From: Podarcis melisellensis
Taxonomy: Eukaryota
Assembly: GCA_964234715.1 (NCBI GenBank)
Contig: OZ174279.1
Length of the DNA: 64,000 bases
Reading direction: 5' to 3' (one strand)
Part shown: positions 25,513 to 38,307 of the stretch, one piece after another
How the letters are laid out: the number at the start of each line of letters is the position of its first letter
Position numbering within the stretch: position 1 is the first letter of the stretch
Notes under the pieces: model-generated
Databases searched by the model: none
What the model was told of the DNA's origin: nothing
Seen by the model: only the letters and a program-made list of their open reading frames with translations
Program-made: the position numbers and the translations under genes

Positions 25513-26359
25513 TGATGTAGAAAAAATTGGCTCCTTTTCCCTTATGGGGCATCCAAGAGCCCTCATAGAGTCCTTAAGTGGGTTCCCTATCAGTAGGAGA
25601 AAATAACAGGCCAACCAGAGAATATCGAGAAGCAAAGCAGCTAGTAAGCCTGATCTTTATTAAACTGTTACAACAGGGTCCTCACTCACCACGTGCAGGA
25701 GGGAGGAGGAACCCAGAACCATGGTGTGCAAGCCGTTATATAGACTATTGAAATTGCCCACCCTGTAGCTCAAGACCAAACATCATACATACATCACAGA
25801 AGGAAGTGGTCTACAACAGAAATCCTGCCTGCCAGAATACCTGACAATGGCCAGTGATTGCTTACTTGGGCAGCCTGGTCATTCTTTTGTGATGGTAAAT
25901 ACTCCTGAGTCCAGGTCACAGGCTCACCCTATTAATACACAAAGATGCCCTAAAGACAGGTAAGCAAAAGACAATGGAGAGGCCATTTCCTTCTTCCTTG
26001 CAGAGAAAAAATTGAGGTCAATTTGGGAGAGTCAAAATGGTTTCAGGATTGCTCTCCCATACTGTTTATGAATATTTATTTTATATACAGTGGTACCTTG
26101 GGTTACATATGGTTCAGGTTACATACGCTTCAGGTTACAGACTCCGCTAACCCAGAAATAGTCCCTCGGGTTAAGAACTTTGCTTCAGGATGAGAACAGA
26201 AATCGTGCTCCGGCGGCGCGGCAGCAGCAGCAGGAGGCCCCATTAGCTAAAGTGGTGCTTCAGGTTAAGAACACTTTCAGGTTAAGAACGGACCTCCAGA
26301 TCGAATTAAGTACTTAACCCGAGGTACCACTGTATATGAGACCTTAAGTTCTTATAACA
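25513..26359 (-). mobile_element. solo LTR (4-bp TSD, class I ERV-like) with nested MITE
   Basis: CTAG|TG...CA|CTAG, with the TSD at 25509-25512 and 26360-26363. On the minus strand a TATA box (CTATATAA, ~25736-25743) lies upstream of AATAAA (~25656-25661), as expected for U3-R-U5. Confidence 0.75.
26088..26332. mobile_element. Tc1/mariner MITE (family A)
   Basis: TA|CAGTGGTACCTTGGGTTA ... TAACCCGAGGTACCACTG|TA. Confidence 0.93.
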
Positions 26360-27968
26360 CTAGTAATGAAGAAGGCATGGCTGTTAAGAGAGCTATAGAG
26401 AGAGGGCTTCAAAGTCTCATTCAACCACTGACTCTCTCTTTGTGACACCCAAAGAATCTTCTGCTTTTATTGCTATGGCGATGGAGGGGCAAATCATTTC
26501 TGACTACACTGGGAACCTAAGATCTGTTTCGACAGAACCAAGGAATTAACAGGCCAGCTTCTGACTAAGCACACTGGTTTTCTAATCCACCGTTAATTCC
26601 TGTGAGTATTTGTGTACCAAGATCTGTGAGAGTTCATGTGTGTAGAAATAGGCAGCACCGCAGGATTCTTTCGTTATTTGGATACTCCCTCTTAAGTCAA
26701 TAAGAAAATCTTCCCTGCAGTTTCACCCAAGTACATTTTTTGGGGATTGGTTGTTAGTGGGAAACACTCATTTTGAAAGAGGAAATATTAAGCAGACTTG
26801 GATCGTTTTGACCATACAGCATTATGGCTGTCAGTCATTTAAAAGTTTTTTATCTGATTAATTATCTGTCTAACCAATCAATTAAGTGTAAACAAATGAG
26901 CACATTACCACATTTTAATATTAATTCTGGTTTGAGCTATTGAAAGAAATGCAAGGTAACTTATAATTTAACAAAACAGAAGCTACATTTTATTACTTCC
27001 TCATTTATTTTCTATTACAATAGCACATGAAGAAAATGGCTTCCAAAAATAATAGTCTTTAAATCATAACCGCACTGATTAAAAATTGCCCTTGATGATT
27101 AAAACTACCTCAACCAATTAATCAACTAAAACTTTGGTTGCTTAATCTACCAATTAACTGTACTAATCTTATCCATTAATTTTATCTACTAAGGTTCACA
27201 CCTTGTAAATAACACCTTTGATTTTAGAACTGATAGATGAATCAGGTGGTTACTGTGCTTTCCCAGAAAGGATAATGTAAATGTAAGTTGAATGGCAGCC
27301 AGTACTTTGAGTTCATTACCCTTTCACATTTTTTTCACAATGGCAGGAACATTCAGTGGGGTCTTGGACTTGGGGGGACGCTGGGCAGAGTTTCAGCTTG
27401 ATAACCACCACTATCTTGTTCTACTAAAGGAAGGGCGGGGGACTGCAGGGAGACCAGCCGCACAATGAAATCAGACAAAAGTGGGCTAAGTAACCCCCAC
27501 CCCTACTCCTCTAATTCAGATTTGCTTACTTAGCTGAACAGAGATCTATTCTTGGTGGCTAAAGATGGTCCTGGCTCCCAATTATGGCGGAGCTAGGACT
27601 GACACAGTCATAAGCTCCCATCCAATTATCTTGTACAGAACTCATATTCTTTTCAGATAAACATTTTGGCTGTGTACACATCACCCATTTCCCCAAAGAA
27701 TCCTAAGAACTGTACTTTGTTAATATTTCTAGTCAGATATAGGTTGTACCGGGACCTGCCGTTTCAGGAATGTAGTGAGCTGAGACAAGTTCAAACAACC
27801 GATGCCCAGTTAAGTTCAGTAAATGTTCAGTATGTGCATTTAGCTTGTGTGCATTCAGCTTTACATATGTGCCCCTCACCAAAAAAGGTGGAGTGAAAAG
27901 TGGTGAGGTTTTGGAGAAATGACTTTGGCTATTCCACCAACCATTGAACCTAGTGTGTTTTGAGTATA

Positions 27969-28210
27969 CAGTGGTACCTCAGGTTAAGTACTTAATTCGT
28001 CCTGGAGGTCTGTTCTTAACCTGAAACTGTTCTTAACCCGAAGCACCACTTTAGCTAATGGGGCCTCCCACTGCTGTCATGCCGCTGCAGCACGATTTCT
28101 GTTCTCATCCTGAAGCAAAGTTCTTAACCTGAAGCACTATTTCTGGGTTAGTGGAGTCTGTAACCTGAAGTGTATGTAACCTGAAGCGTATGTAACCTGA
28201 GGTACCACTG
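27969..28210. mobile_element. Tc1/mariner MITE (family A)
   Basis: TA|CAGTGGTACCTCAGGTTA ... TAACCTGAGGTACCACTG|TA. Confidence 0.93.
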
Positions 28211-29157
28211 TACACGATTTTTGCTTTCAGCGCAATCCCCGGGACATAATCACCACGTAAGTTGGGCACTTACTGTATACATAAGACCAGCCCAACAACA
28301 AGGCGCGCTTGTCAGTCATGTGCCAAAGCAATCTAGAGGACAGTGTGTGTTTGAGGTTCCCTGGTGACAACTTATTTTGAATTCCAGCCTCAGCATTTGC
28401 AGGTAGCCTGGTTGCACAGCCGCCTTTTCTTGCTGTAGGATGACATAATAGCAGATTTAATGAGAGGACACTTTCTCTCTAATGACCTTCACAACACTTC
28501 ACCCCTTCTGTAATGTCAGTGGAACTATGTCGGTCTTCAAATATTACACAATGCCAACAGTTTGGTAACATTTAGCTAATGGTCAGAAAGGAGGGATTCA
28601 CAGATATTCCCCACAGTTTTTGACAAGGAGTGTAAGGCACTCACAGAGCATTTAGTTTGCCTATTTTAGCACACTGGTATAAATAATACATATACATATG
28701 GACGTTTTCAAAGAAGCAAAACACACAACTGCATGAGGTGAATTGAGGCCCTCGCCGAATGCAGAAGGCTAAAATCTAAGCAAAACCCTTCTGTTCTTTC
28801 AGAGGTAATGGGATGTAACAAGTTTTTTTACAGCTGGAACTTGCTGGAACTCAGTTCTGGCACCTATCAGGTGGGCACCATTACCATTCAAAGAGAATGA
28901 GGGAGGTGTTCACAGTGAGTGCCGGCATTTATTCTTCTAGAAAAATAGCACTGGATGTCACAGTTCTGAGGAAAAGGACTAAAGGCATATTCGGAGATGA
29001 TTCAAGAAGTGAAACAAGTCACAGATCAAAAAGTTAAAGTTGTGAAGTGACCATCTGAAGCGAACACTTGGTTCAAGCTTGAGGATTTTTGAAAGTCCCT
29101 TCTATTCTTTAAAAATTTAAACCCATCTTATTTCTTGTTTGCCTTGTCTTTCTGTTT

Positions 29158-29291
29158 CAGTGATGGGGAACCTATAGCTCTCCAGATGTTGTTGGACTAC
29201 AACTCTCATCATCTCTGACCACAGGCCCTGCTGGCTGGGGTTGATGGGAGTTAGAGCCCAATATCTGGAGAGCTATGGATTCCCCAACCCA
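29158..29291. mobile_element. URR1-like hAT MITE
   Basis: Palindromic GGGGAACC..CTCCAGATGTTGTTGGACTACAACTC ... GGGAGTT..ATCTGGAG..TTCCCC. Confidence 0.85.
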
Positions 29292-29809
29292 GAAATTTAA
29301 CAAATAATGTTATTGTTATATTTGTTATATTTATTTGTTATGTAACAATAAATGTTCTGCCTTTTAATGGTCTCCTAAAATCTGCTCCTTGAGGTGAATT
29401 ATCTCACTCTGCCGGATGTTACAGCTGGCTATGTTTTGCATTTTAGCTTTGTTAAGTTTTTTTTCTGAGTAAAAACTTCTATAGACAGGAATTATAGACA
29501 TCCATATGGCGCAGAGAGTCTTCTGTGGCATGAAGTGTGGACATAACCCTCTGGGGATGAGGGGAAATATTTTGGAGTTATACAAGATAGCATTGTCACG
29601 TGGATACAGCTGGGCTCTGAGTTTTATTGGATTAATAATGCTTATGGATTGTGGTAAAATATATAAGCTCAAATTCTGAGCACAAATCAACAAATAGTGT
29701 GACTCAGAAATCAACCAAAATCAAAATCAACAGAATACCTTCCCAAATAGCCATTCCAAATAAGGCAAAGCTACAACCTCAGGTTATTTCCCCCTTAGAT
29801 ACCAACCTG

Positions 29810-29983
29810 GGCTGCGTACATATCGTACATTTAAAGCACATTGAAAACAAACACATCCTAAAATAATCATGGGAACTGTTGTTTATCCCTCACAGAGCTA
29901 CATTTCCCAGCAGCCGTAAAAAAAACTACTGTTTCCCAGATTCTTTGGGGGATGTGCTTTAAAGGCATGATGTGTATGCAGCC
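29810..29983. mobile_element. palindromic MITE (GGCTGCGTACA..TTTAAAGCAC TIR; PIF/Harbinger-like)
   Basis: GGCTGCGTACA...TTTAAAGCAC ... GTGCTTTAAA...TGTATGCAGCC. Related copies lie near 39090-39258 and 53800-53970. Confidence 0.7.
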
Positions 29984-30305
29984 TTTTTTTTCCCTGGCAC
30001 ATACTAAAGACTCCTGCCATCTTTGAATTCTTTATTTAATAAATTTATACCCCATCCCACCCCTCCTCCCAAAGAAGCATAGGGTTTTGTGGGTGGGTTC
30101 CTACAAGGTATTCTATTTATCTGACATTATAATAAATTTGCATTCCTATGGAAGGGACCCCGAGGGTGATCTAGTCCAACCCGCTGCAATGCAGGAACTC
30201 AGCTAGATCATACGGAACAGATGGCCATCCAATTTCTGCTTAAAAACCAGCAGTTGATGCTAGTAAATAAATGAACAGCTGCACACATGTACACACACAC
30301 ATATA

Positions 30306-30546
30306 CAGTGGTATCTTGGTTTACAAACTCAATCCGTTCCAGAAGTCTGTTCTTAAACCAAAGTGTTCTTAAACCAAGGCGTGCTTTCCCATAGCAGCGG
30401 GGGACTCAATTTACACTCAACAGGTAGCCAAACTTGTTCTTATTCCAAGGCAAAGTTCACAAACCAAAACACCTACTTCCAGGTTTGCAGCATTCTTAAT
30501 CCAAGTTGTTCATAAACTAAGCTGTTCTTAAACCAAGGTACCACTG
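30306..30546. mobile_element. Tc1/mariner MITE
   Basis: TA|CAGTGGTATCTTGGTTTA ... TAAACCAAGGTACCACTG|TA. Confidence 0.92.
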
Positions 30547-31149
30547 TATATAGATATTCTAAAGACAACACAAGTCCCCAGTGCTCTCTCATCCAAAGGA
30601 AACTAAAACCTATGGTACGCTTGGTCTTCTTGCTATTCAGGGAAGTAAAGACTCAATAACAATATTCACACCAAGAATATTGGGTCATATAGTATTCGTT
30701 GCTGGAATTCTAACAACTTGACATTTCTACTTGATACATATGATGATGCTCAAAAGGAAGGTTCTAGAAATACTGTCAGCAGCCCTAGGCTCTCTCCATC
30801 ACAGCTTTTCAATGCATGCAGATAGTAACCACCTCTGGGTGAAAAGATGTCCTTTCCACATTTGAAATAAAGTATGAAATAACAAATTTACTGTGTTGCA
30901 AAACACAGACAACCTGTTTCAAGTTTTCTACATTTCATTCTTTTTACAGTGCAGTCTGATGCATGTTTACATGGCAGTAAATCTCACTGCATTTAAAGGG
31001 GTCTACTAAACAACAACAACATTCCCAGTCCAGTATCCCTAGGACTAAAGCTTTCAATGTCTAATTGAACAAACCACTGCTTTGATTTGGGCAGGCTCCT
31101 TTTTCAGAATTCATCCTATTCTAATCTTTGTTCTTCCCTGCTTTCCTGT

Positions 31150-34100
31150 GAGGCCACCTTTCCAGTTTTCCAATTTCCAATTCTGTCTGTACAATGACCT
31201 GGCTGCTAGCATTTCTGATTGCTGGTATATAGATGAAAAATGCAGGCTAATGGATATAGTTATTGTGGTGAAAGCATCCCACTTAGCTTGAGCCTGTCGT
31301 GGTGTTTCACAGTTGATGTTTTATTTGTTGTGTCCTCTGCTGTCTCCCACACAATGGACACCAAGAATGATACTATCTCTCTATATAGTTTGTTTGCCTG
31401 ATAGTATAGTGATTTTGTTCTGCAGTGCAATCTCTGAAAATCTAACAGACTACGGCCAAGGTAGGAGTTCTTCTGCTCTCACAATTCTGAAAAGCAGGAT
31501 GTCTATATTTAAGTTGCAAGTTAACTCTGTACAATGGCCTGCAAAATGTGCAAGAACCCTGAAGTAAGGCCACATCAGTGCTTTTTGCATTGTGGAGTGG
31601 TTTGGAATCACCTGAGTTTTATTACAATCCTTTTGTATGCAACATGTGTTACTTTGGTTGCAGCTCAGGGTAAGGAGCAGACACTGGCCTTCATTGCATG
31701 CTAAGAAAATGATTTATGGTTAACTGAGAATCCTGTAGAGCTGATTTGTTGCCCCCTTGAAGCATTCCTGAAAAATTAAAGGACTCGTGTTTCACAGTTT
31801 AAGAAAATTTCAAATTCACTGAGCCCCAAATCTCTGGTGAGTTTCTGCTCTTCATAGAAAAAGCCACACACAATGGCCTCTTTTCATCTGCCTTCTCTGG
31901 AAGACTCTCTTGGAAACTCTTGCTGCTGCTAAGGAAAGCTGTATGACTAGCCTCAGCTGAGATCTTGCCCTCTCTTTCTGGTGAAAGTTTATCCTCCTTG
32001 ACCGGCTGGCTGGCAATTCTAGTAACCTTAAATTGAAGTGCAGAGGAGGTAAGCTGCATAAAGAACAGCCATAGGCATGGTGGAAGGATCCTTCCTGCTA
32101 AGGATATACCAAAGCAGCCCGGCCAATTCTGATTTTACTCCATAGTCAGCTGTTTTCTTTCAACTTTTCCTGATAGGGAATGAAAACCAAGCTCTGCAGA
32201 GCAGGCTGGGGCTACAGGTCTGACTTGGCCTCTGTCTGCTTCCACTGCTGCTCCCTTTCCTGCCCAATTTAAAACCGGCTTCGCATTTCACACAGGGTGA
32301 TGACACTACTCTGGCTTGCACTATTCCCGATACCTCTCTCATGCTGTGCGCCTCTAAAATCAGGAACAGAAGTCCTCTACATAGAGTTAGGGACAAAATG
32401 TCTTCAAATGTTTTCCATAAACAAAAGAAGGAAATGATTAGCTTTAAGGGATTAACCAGTCTTTCTGCAATATGTATGTATTCAGAAGATCTGGAGTTTA
32501 CTTGTGCCATGGAACCAGGATGAACCCAGAAGCAGACAAGCTCTGAAATCATTTCCTAAGATTCCTGCATTTTCTATTTTGCAGGAGAGCCATTATGCTC
32601 CTTCCTGCTCGCAGGCTTCTGGTTGGCCACTATGTGAGCAGGATGCTACGTGATCCAACAAGGCCTTTCTTGCTTTTGAAAGTTTATGCAATGGGTTTCA
32701 GTTGAAGAATTAGAAGAGGAGGTGTCTGTTTGAAAGATTTGGGGAGTTGAGGGCCCGATTCTCGACTGAACCTCCCTAAACCACACAAGCCTCCATTCTT
32801 CATTTCAGCTCCCTTTCCCACACTTTCCATGCTGTTTCTGATTTTCTTTATGGACCAAATAAATGATTCAGCAGCTGGGGTAGGGCTGAAATGGAAGCGT
32901 ACAGGGGTACCAACTTGAATAAAATATTGTGGGTGCCCAGGTCAGCCTCGCCCCACATAATCAATCACATGATGCAGTGCACAAACACTATTAGAATGGG
33001 AATGCCCATCAACTTTGTGGGGGCCCGGCTCACTCAAATATTTTATTGTGGGGGCCAAAGCCCCTATCGCCCCTAGTACAGTCATATCTCTTGTTACATT
33101 TGCTTCAGGTTATATCTTTTCAGGTTGCGTCCCGCGGCAACCCGGAAGTACCGGAAAGGGTTACTTCCGGGTTTCATCACTTGTGCATGCGCAGACGCTC
33201 AAAATGACATCACACGCATGCGCAGAAGCAGCGAGTCGCGACCCGCACAGACGCAGGTTGCGTTCTGCTCATGTTGCGAATGGGGCCCCAGAATGGATCC
33301 CATTCGCAACCAGAGGTACCACTGTAGTTGACTCCTGTGGAAGGCTATGTCCTATTCTCTGCACTTTACAAATTTGTCCAACTGGCCCTGGAGTCATTGT
33401 ACGGAAGTGGAATGAGCAACAGTATCAGAATCCTACAAGTGATGACCAGTCAGATCATTTCACACCCTTAGAAATGTTTTTTGTAGCCTTTGTAGCAAAT
33501 ATTTTCTTTTCTCATGGTTTACTATTCTGCTCAGTGCATGTGCCCTTTGAGTGCTCATGAAACAATTTAGCAAGCACATGAAAGCAAGGAACCTTCTCTT
33601 GCATAACCACCACCAAGATAAGTTAGAGCTGCATCATGAAACAATCTGATTCATTTCTGAATTTTCCAACAGTTTTTGCCCAAGGGGACTGTTAAACTTG
33701 GGACACAGGAACAATTTATACGATCTGAAGAGAAACCAGAGTAACCACAATTTAGTCTTTTAAAATATTGTTCTGAACTATTCCAGAAGGTTAGTATAGG
33801 GACATCTAGGGATGTGCCCTTCTTCCTGCCTCTCCAGCTAAAAATTCTAAGGGGCCCTTGAAAGTTGTTCTTTCTCTCTCTCTCTCTTCCAGACAACCAG
33901 CAGCTAGCTGTTCTGAATATTGTTTCTTGCGTTGTTGTATCACTTCTGAGTGGCTCCAGCAAATCTTACAAGTTCTTCCAAGATCTGAGGCTCCTTCAGA
34001 TGACCTGTTTATTGAGCATTCATCCTGATTTGCTTGCACAGAGCTTATACGGAGGGTAAACTATATCTCATCTTCACTGAGAATTCATTCAGATTTGTTT

Positions 34101-34900
34101 GCGGAGATGTTATATGGCGATGAGCATTCATCCTGCATTAATTCTGATTTGCCTGCATGGCATTTATATGTCTCCCTATTAAACATTCATTCATTCCACA
34201 TTTTTCAGAGCATTTTGCCAGCACTTTCCCAATCATAAAAAGTTTATTTTAAAAAGAAGTAAAAAGTAGATTTGTTGCCCAAGGGAGACAGACCACTTTC
34301 ATCCACTATAATTGTGCAAATCTAAATTCCCAGGATAGTGCTCGAATATTTCCTGCAAGATTCTGTCTGGTAGTGACCCTAGACAGCTTGTGCATGTGGG
34401 GAAATAAGATAATATAAACAACTTTCATCACAGTTCAGCCTCCATATTTCCATCATGGTGAAGGGGCTTGCAACTAAGGATCTGCCCAGAGAGAAAGATA
34501 AGCTATCTAATGCTTGGGTCCTAGTGTTGATGGTGAATCTGTTTCTTCTTGCTAAATCTTTTGTTCAAATCCTGCTTCTGGAAAAAAGGTTCTCCATGTC
34601 TTCCAAGTTCTAACATCTGGTGCAGGCAGTACCAGGCACTTACGTCATCAAGATAAATAATTGTGAAGAGCCCTCAGAAGGAAGTTGCAGCATTCATGCT
34701 ATGCTGGTTGTTGACAGGTTCTGTGACAAATTGGGAGAAAGATAAGTAGAATGATTTATGATGAACAGGTGATGACTGCTTAAGAAATGAACGGACCATT
34801 TCTATGGCATGGACCACTTTTCTGCATGAGAGGCACAGGTAACTGAAGAGGTGAGTTATGTAGCACTAAATCAGACTCAGTTGTGCAAGAGATTCAGTAC
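31150..34900 (-). mobile_element. decayed Ngaro/DIRS-type tyrosine-recombinase retrotransposon (RT-RNaseH-YR), interrupted
   Basis: Minus-strand motifs occur in the expected order: HAIEMVRSF (34785-34811), PVHHKSFYL (34743-34769), IIYLDD (34644-34661), TILGI*ICT (34313-34339), LFHDAALTYLGGGY (33603-33644), PEKADEKRPL (~31870-31900), IVIKLR*FQT (31599-31628). Boundaries are approximate. Confidence 0.6.
33079..33324. mobile_element. Tc1/mariner MITE
   Basis: TA|CAGTCATATCTC ... GAGGTACCACTG|TA, with an internal CCCGGAAGTA..TACTTCCGGG palindrome. Related to 57928-58150. Confidence 0.88.
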
Positions 34901-36359
34901 TGTGATTGCAGTGGGTCTTCTAGGTGCCTGTGGTCTCTGAGTCTTTTCACATTCAAAATCCACATTCCATCAGTAAGATATATAACATTCCTTCCTTAAG
35001 AAGACCCCAAGCTTGTAGAGTAAGATGTGTGATATATTATTTGAAAAGCTGCTAGTGATGGCTTATTATCTGTTTCTTTAAGAAATGGTATACCCTGCCT
35101 GAGCAATTACAAATTCCCTAAGCTGCTTACATTTATTTTAATGACCACAATTTCTAACTAGAAAAAAAATCCTGCTAATACTAAACATCAGAAAACAAAA
35201 CAACAGCAAGTAACGCTGGAACGGTAAAATCAGAGGCAAAGTCTCAAACTGGTGCTCAAGAAATTAAAATGTATTATGATGGAGGTTATGCCCGGGGGAG
35301 AGCAGAATGCACTCTTTTCTTCTAATGACATAAACTGTGGAAGTTCATGTATATAGCATGTCTGTTCAAAGGTTGTGTTCTTCAAACCCATGTGTTCCAA
35401 TCAGTACAAGAGGCAAATCCAAACTGCTCCTGTTTTTTTTTAATATTGTTATGAGTTTGTGGGGTGCCTGGACTCCCCTTCTAATTCCTGGACCCTGCTT
35501 CACATTTCTGGGTTCCAGACACTGGATTTAGCATGTTAAACTATAAGCAAGGAGCCAGCCTGGTAATGGCCCGCAAGGATGTGTGGCTCTATGCCCGAGG
35601 GCAAATGGAAGGAGTCCCTCTTTCAACTCAGAATTAGTTACAAAGACAAAAGCCTTTGAATGAGTTTTAGGGTTGGAAGGAGGGCAGTTGTTTTTAGGAT
35701 TGCAATTGAGGATGCTGTAAGCTAGAGAGGAAAAATGGTAGTCTGTTAAATGCAGCAAGCTGAGCAAGGAGACAGAGGGCCATGGCTGATTTCCCCAAGA
35801 TTGAGGCCATGGGAAAAGCAAGAACCTCCTGGAGTGTAATGCTGTGAGTCCCTCCATCATAGGCTCAGGTTGAATATATATCTATATCTATGGATATATG
35901 TATGATATTTGATATAAACCATATATCATAAAGACACCACAGTCTCCTCTGTGCCTTGTTTCCAAAGGAAACACAAACCCTGGGTAAGCGCCTTGGTTCC
36001 TTTGGATCCTCACACCACTTGGAGACTGGGGTGGCATGTAACGATATTTTCAAAGAACAGCCATTGTATTCCACTCCCAATAATCCTGGGTGCAACCTAA
36101 AATCTGTTTTGCACCCAGCACCTGAGGTTAGCCATGTGGCAATAAAGGACCTCCTCTGTCATGGCATCCCAACTCTGGGACACTTTCCTAGTGCCTAGTT
36201 TCATCAAATGTAGGGGCCTGGAAAAGACTTTTTTCAAAAGAAACAATCCCCAGGCTTTTGATGGCTACTTTATATCGGCAACATCTGAGCTTTGTTAAAT
36301 TGTATTAACTTTTTGGTGTTTGCCACACTTTGGGCTTCTTTGGGAGGAAGGAGGGATAA

Positions 36360-36490
36360 CTCAGACTCCTATTCATCTCAGAGTCAATGCTTCAAGCCCT
36401 ACTTTGGGTAAAATATTCCTGCATTGCAGGGGGTTGAACTAGAAGATCCTTATGGTTCCTTCCAATTCTACAGTTCTTTGAGTCTGTGAA
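36360..36490 (+). mobile_element. degraded tRNA-Lys-like SINE with CR1-type tail
   Basis: AGACTC..ATCTCAG...TTCAAGCCC.AC.TTGGG.AAA.ATTCCTGCATTGCAGGGGGTTG.ACTAGA. Homologous to the head at 37270. Confidence 0.65.
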
Positions 36491-37269
36491 AGTCAATAAG
36501 TAACAAATACATAAATGTCCACATCTGAGCAGGCGTCTGTTACGGTACCTTGCAAGAGTATTGAGTTGAACATGGACACATTCCTATACACCAGGGAGTA
36601 AGTCCTATGGTAATCACCCAATGAGCTGACATGTGCAGAATCACACTGAAGTCAGTTGAGGCTTGTGCTAATAAATCTGTGTAGTTTGTGTAAAATTCAT
36701 CAAGGAACCCATTCACCTTTAACAGCACATTTTGAGCCCGATTTCCCTTCTTCCATTTCTGTCACCCACGCTTCACATCCAGTCAGCTCCACTCCATATG
36801 TATGGTTTAATAAATAAATATTTATACATGCTAAATAGGCTAGAGAGAGAGAGAGATGATAGGGTTTTGTTTCCCCCAGAGGAAGGGTGTTCTGAAAGTG
36901 GGACTGTTGTTTTCCCTGTTCCCCTGGTTGCTCCTCCATGCTGCGGGCTGCTCAACTAACTGTGGCTGCAATTCTGTGCACACTTATCTGAGGATAAAAC
37001 TCACTGAATGCTGTAGACAGACTTACAAGCTGACAGGCATATAGGATTGTGTTGAAGAGTGAGCTGGCAGGCTGGCTGCTGGGGCCTCTTTCCAAATGCT
37101 GGAAAGGGAAAAGGAGAGGCTTTGAGCTAAGAGGAAGTGGAATCTGGCCCCGCCCCTTCCCAGAGCCTGGGAAATGATATCAGGAGGCTGGGAAATGATA
37201 TCCAGGCTGATGGGGGGGGGGGGCTAGATAGGCTAGATAGACTTTGCAACTTTTAGCATGCTGTAATTA

Positions 37270-37358
37270 TGGCTCAGCTGGGAGAGCATAAGACTCGTAA
37301 TCTCAGGGTTGTGGGTTCAAGTCCCACATTGGCTGAAAGATTCCTGCATTGCAGGAGG
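37270..37358 (+). mobile_element. tRNA-Lys(CTT)-derived SINE head
   Basis: GCTCAGCTGGGAGAGCATAAGACTCGTAATCTCAGGGTTGTGGGTTCAAGTCCCACATTGG closely resembles tRNA-Lys. It runs into AAAGATTCCTGCATTGCAGG. Confidence 0.8.
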
Positions 37359-38032
37359 TTGTGTCCAAGGAAGGTCCTAGAACAGATAATTAAACAGTCA
37401 GTCTGTGAGCATGTAGAAAAGGATGCCGCAATTACTAAGACCCAGCATGGGTTTCTCAAAAATAAGTCATGCCAGACCAATCTGATTTCTTTTTTTGATA
37501 GAATTGCAAAGTTGGTGGATCAGGGAAATGCTGTGGACATAGTGTATCTTGATTTCTGTAAGGCTTTCAGCAAAGTCCCCCATGATATTCTCGCGAGGAA
37601 GCTGGTAAAATGTGTGTTGAAAGAGGTAAACGTTTGGCGAAAGAAGAATGGCAGACAAAATTAATGGACTACGCAGAATTAGATAAAATGACAGGAAGGA
37701 TTTGAAACCTGCGGGACCAGAGATTCACAGAAGATTGGAAGAAATATACGAACTATTTGAAGAGCAACTGTAATCAACAAATTACACTAGTAGAGACTAC
37801 AAGAAGTTTTGTAAGGAGAAATGTATGAAGTATTGCAAAGTAGAGAAAGAACAGAGATATTAGTTATGAGATTTAAATGTAATAGTAGAAGTAAGAAATG
37901 TATATTAAGTGAATAGAGTGGAAAATTTTCAGATGTGATTGACGGAAGTCAAAAAATGGTATAAGATATGAAAGTATGTTTAATTATTGTTGAAAATGAT
38001 ATGTTGAAAAACTAATTAAAAAATATAAGAAA

Positions 38033-38064
<32 letters not shown>

Positions 38065-38290
38065 GGTAAGCATTAGGTAGATTTGTAGCTGGTTAACTGA
38101 CCAAATCCATTAATGATTCCTAGTCATCCTGGAAAAAAGTGAGAAGTGGGGTGGCCATCTGTCAAGCATGCTTTAGCTGAGATTCCTGCATTGCAGAGGG
38201 TTGGATTAGATGACCCTTAGGGTCCCTTCCAACTCTATGATTCTAGATGACCCTCTAGTCCTTTCCAGGCCTACAATTCTATGATTCTAT
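37359..38290 (+). mobile_element. CR1 LINE RT fragment, internally deleted, plus 3' UTR; interrupted by L1
   Basis: KVLEQIIKQSVCEH, QHGFLKNKSCQTNLISFFD and VDIVYLDFCKAFSKVPH. It resumes at 38070 and jumps at ~38152 to the CR1 3' UTR ending in (ATTCTATG)n. Confidence 0.9.
37630..38058 (+). mobile_element. L1 3' fragment with (GAAA)n tail
   Basis: KEEWQTKLMDYAEL..M..RI..F.EDWKKY..YL is homologous to ORF 46947-47138. 11-bp TSD GAAAGAGGTAA at 37619-37629 and 38059-38069. Confidence 0.9.
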
Positions 38291-38303
38291 GCTAATGTGA
38301 TTG

Positions 38304-38307
38304 TTCT

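Noticed and set aside
33015-33560. 181-aa ORF
   Set aside because: It runs across two unrelated MITEs and the antisense strand of the Ngaro-like relic, with no protein motif.
37270-37345. Functional tRNA-Lys gene
   Set aside because: Substitutions in the anticodon loop, a poor acceptor stem, no poly-T terminator, and direct continuation into a SINE/CR1 tail.
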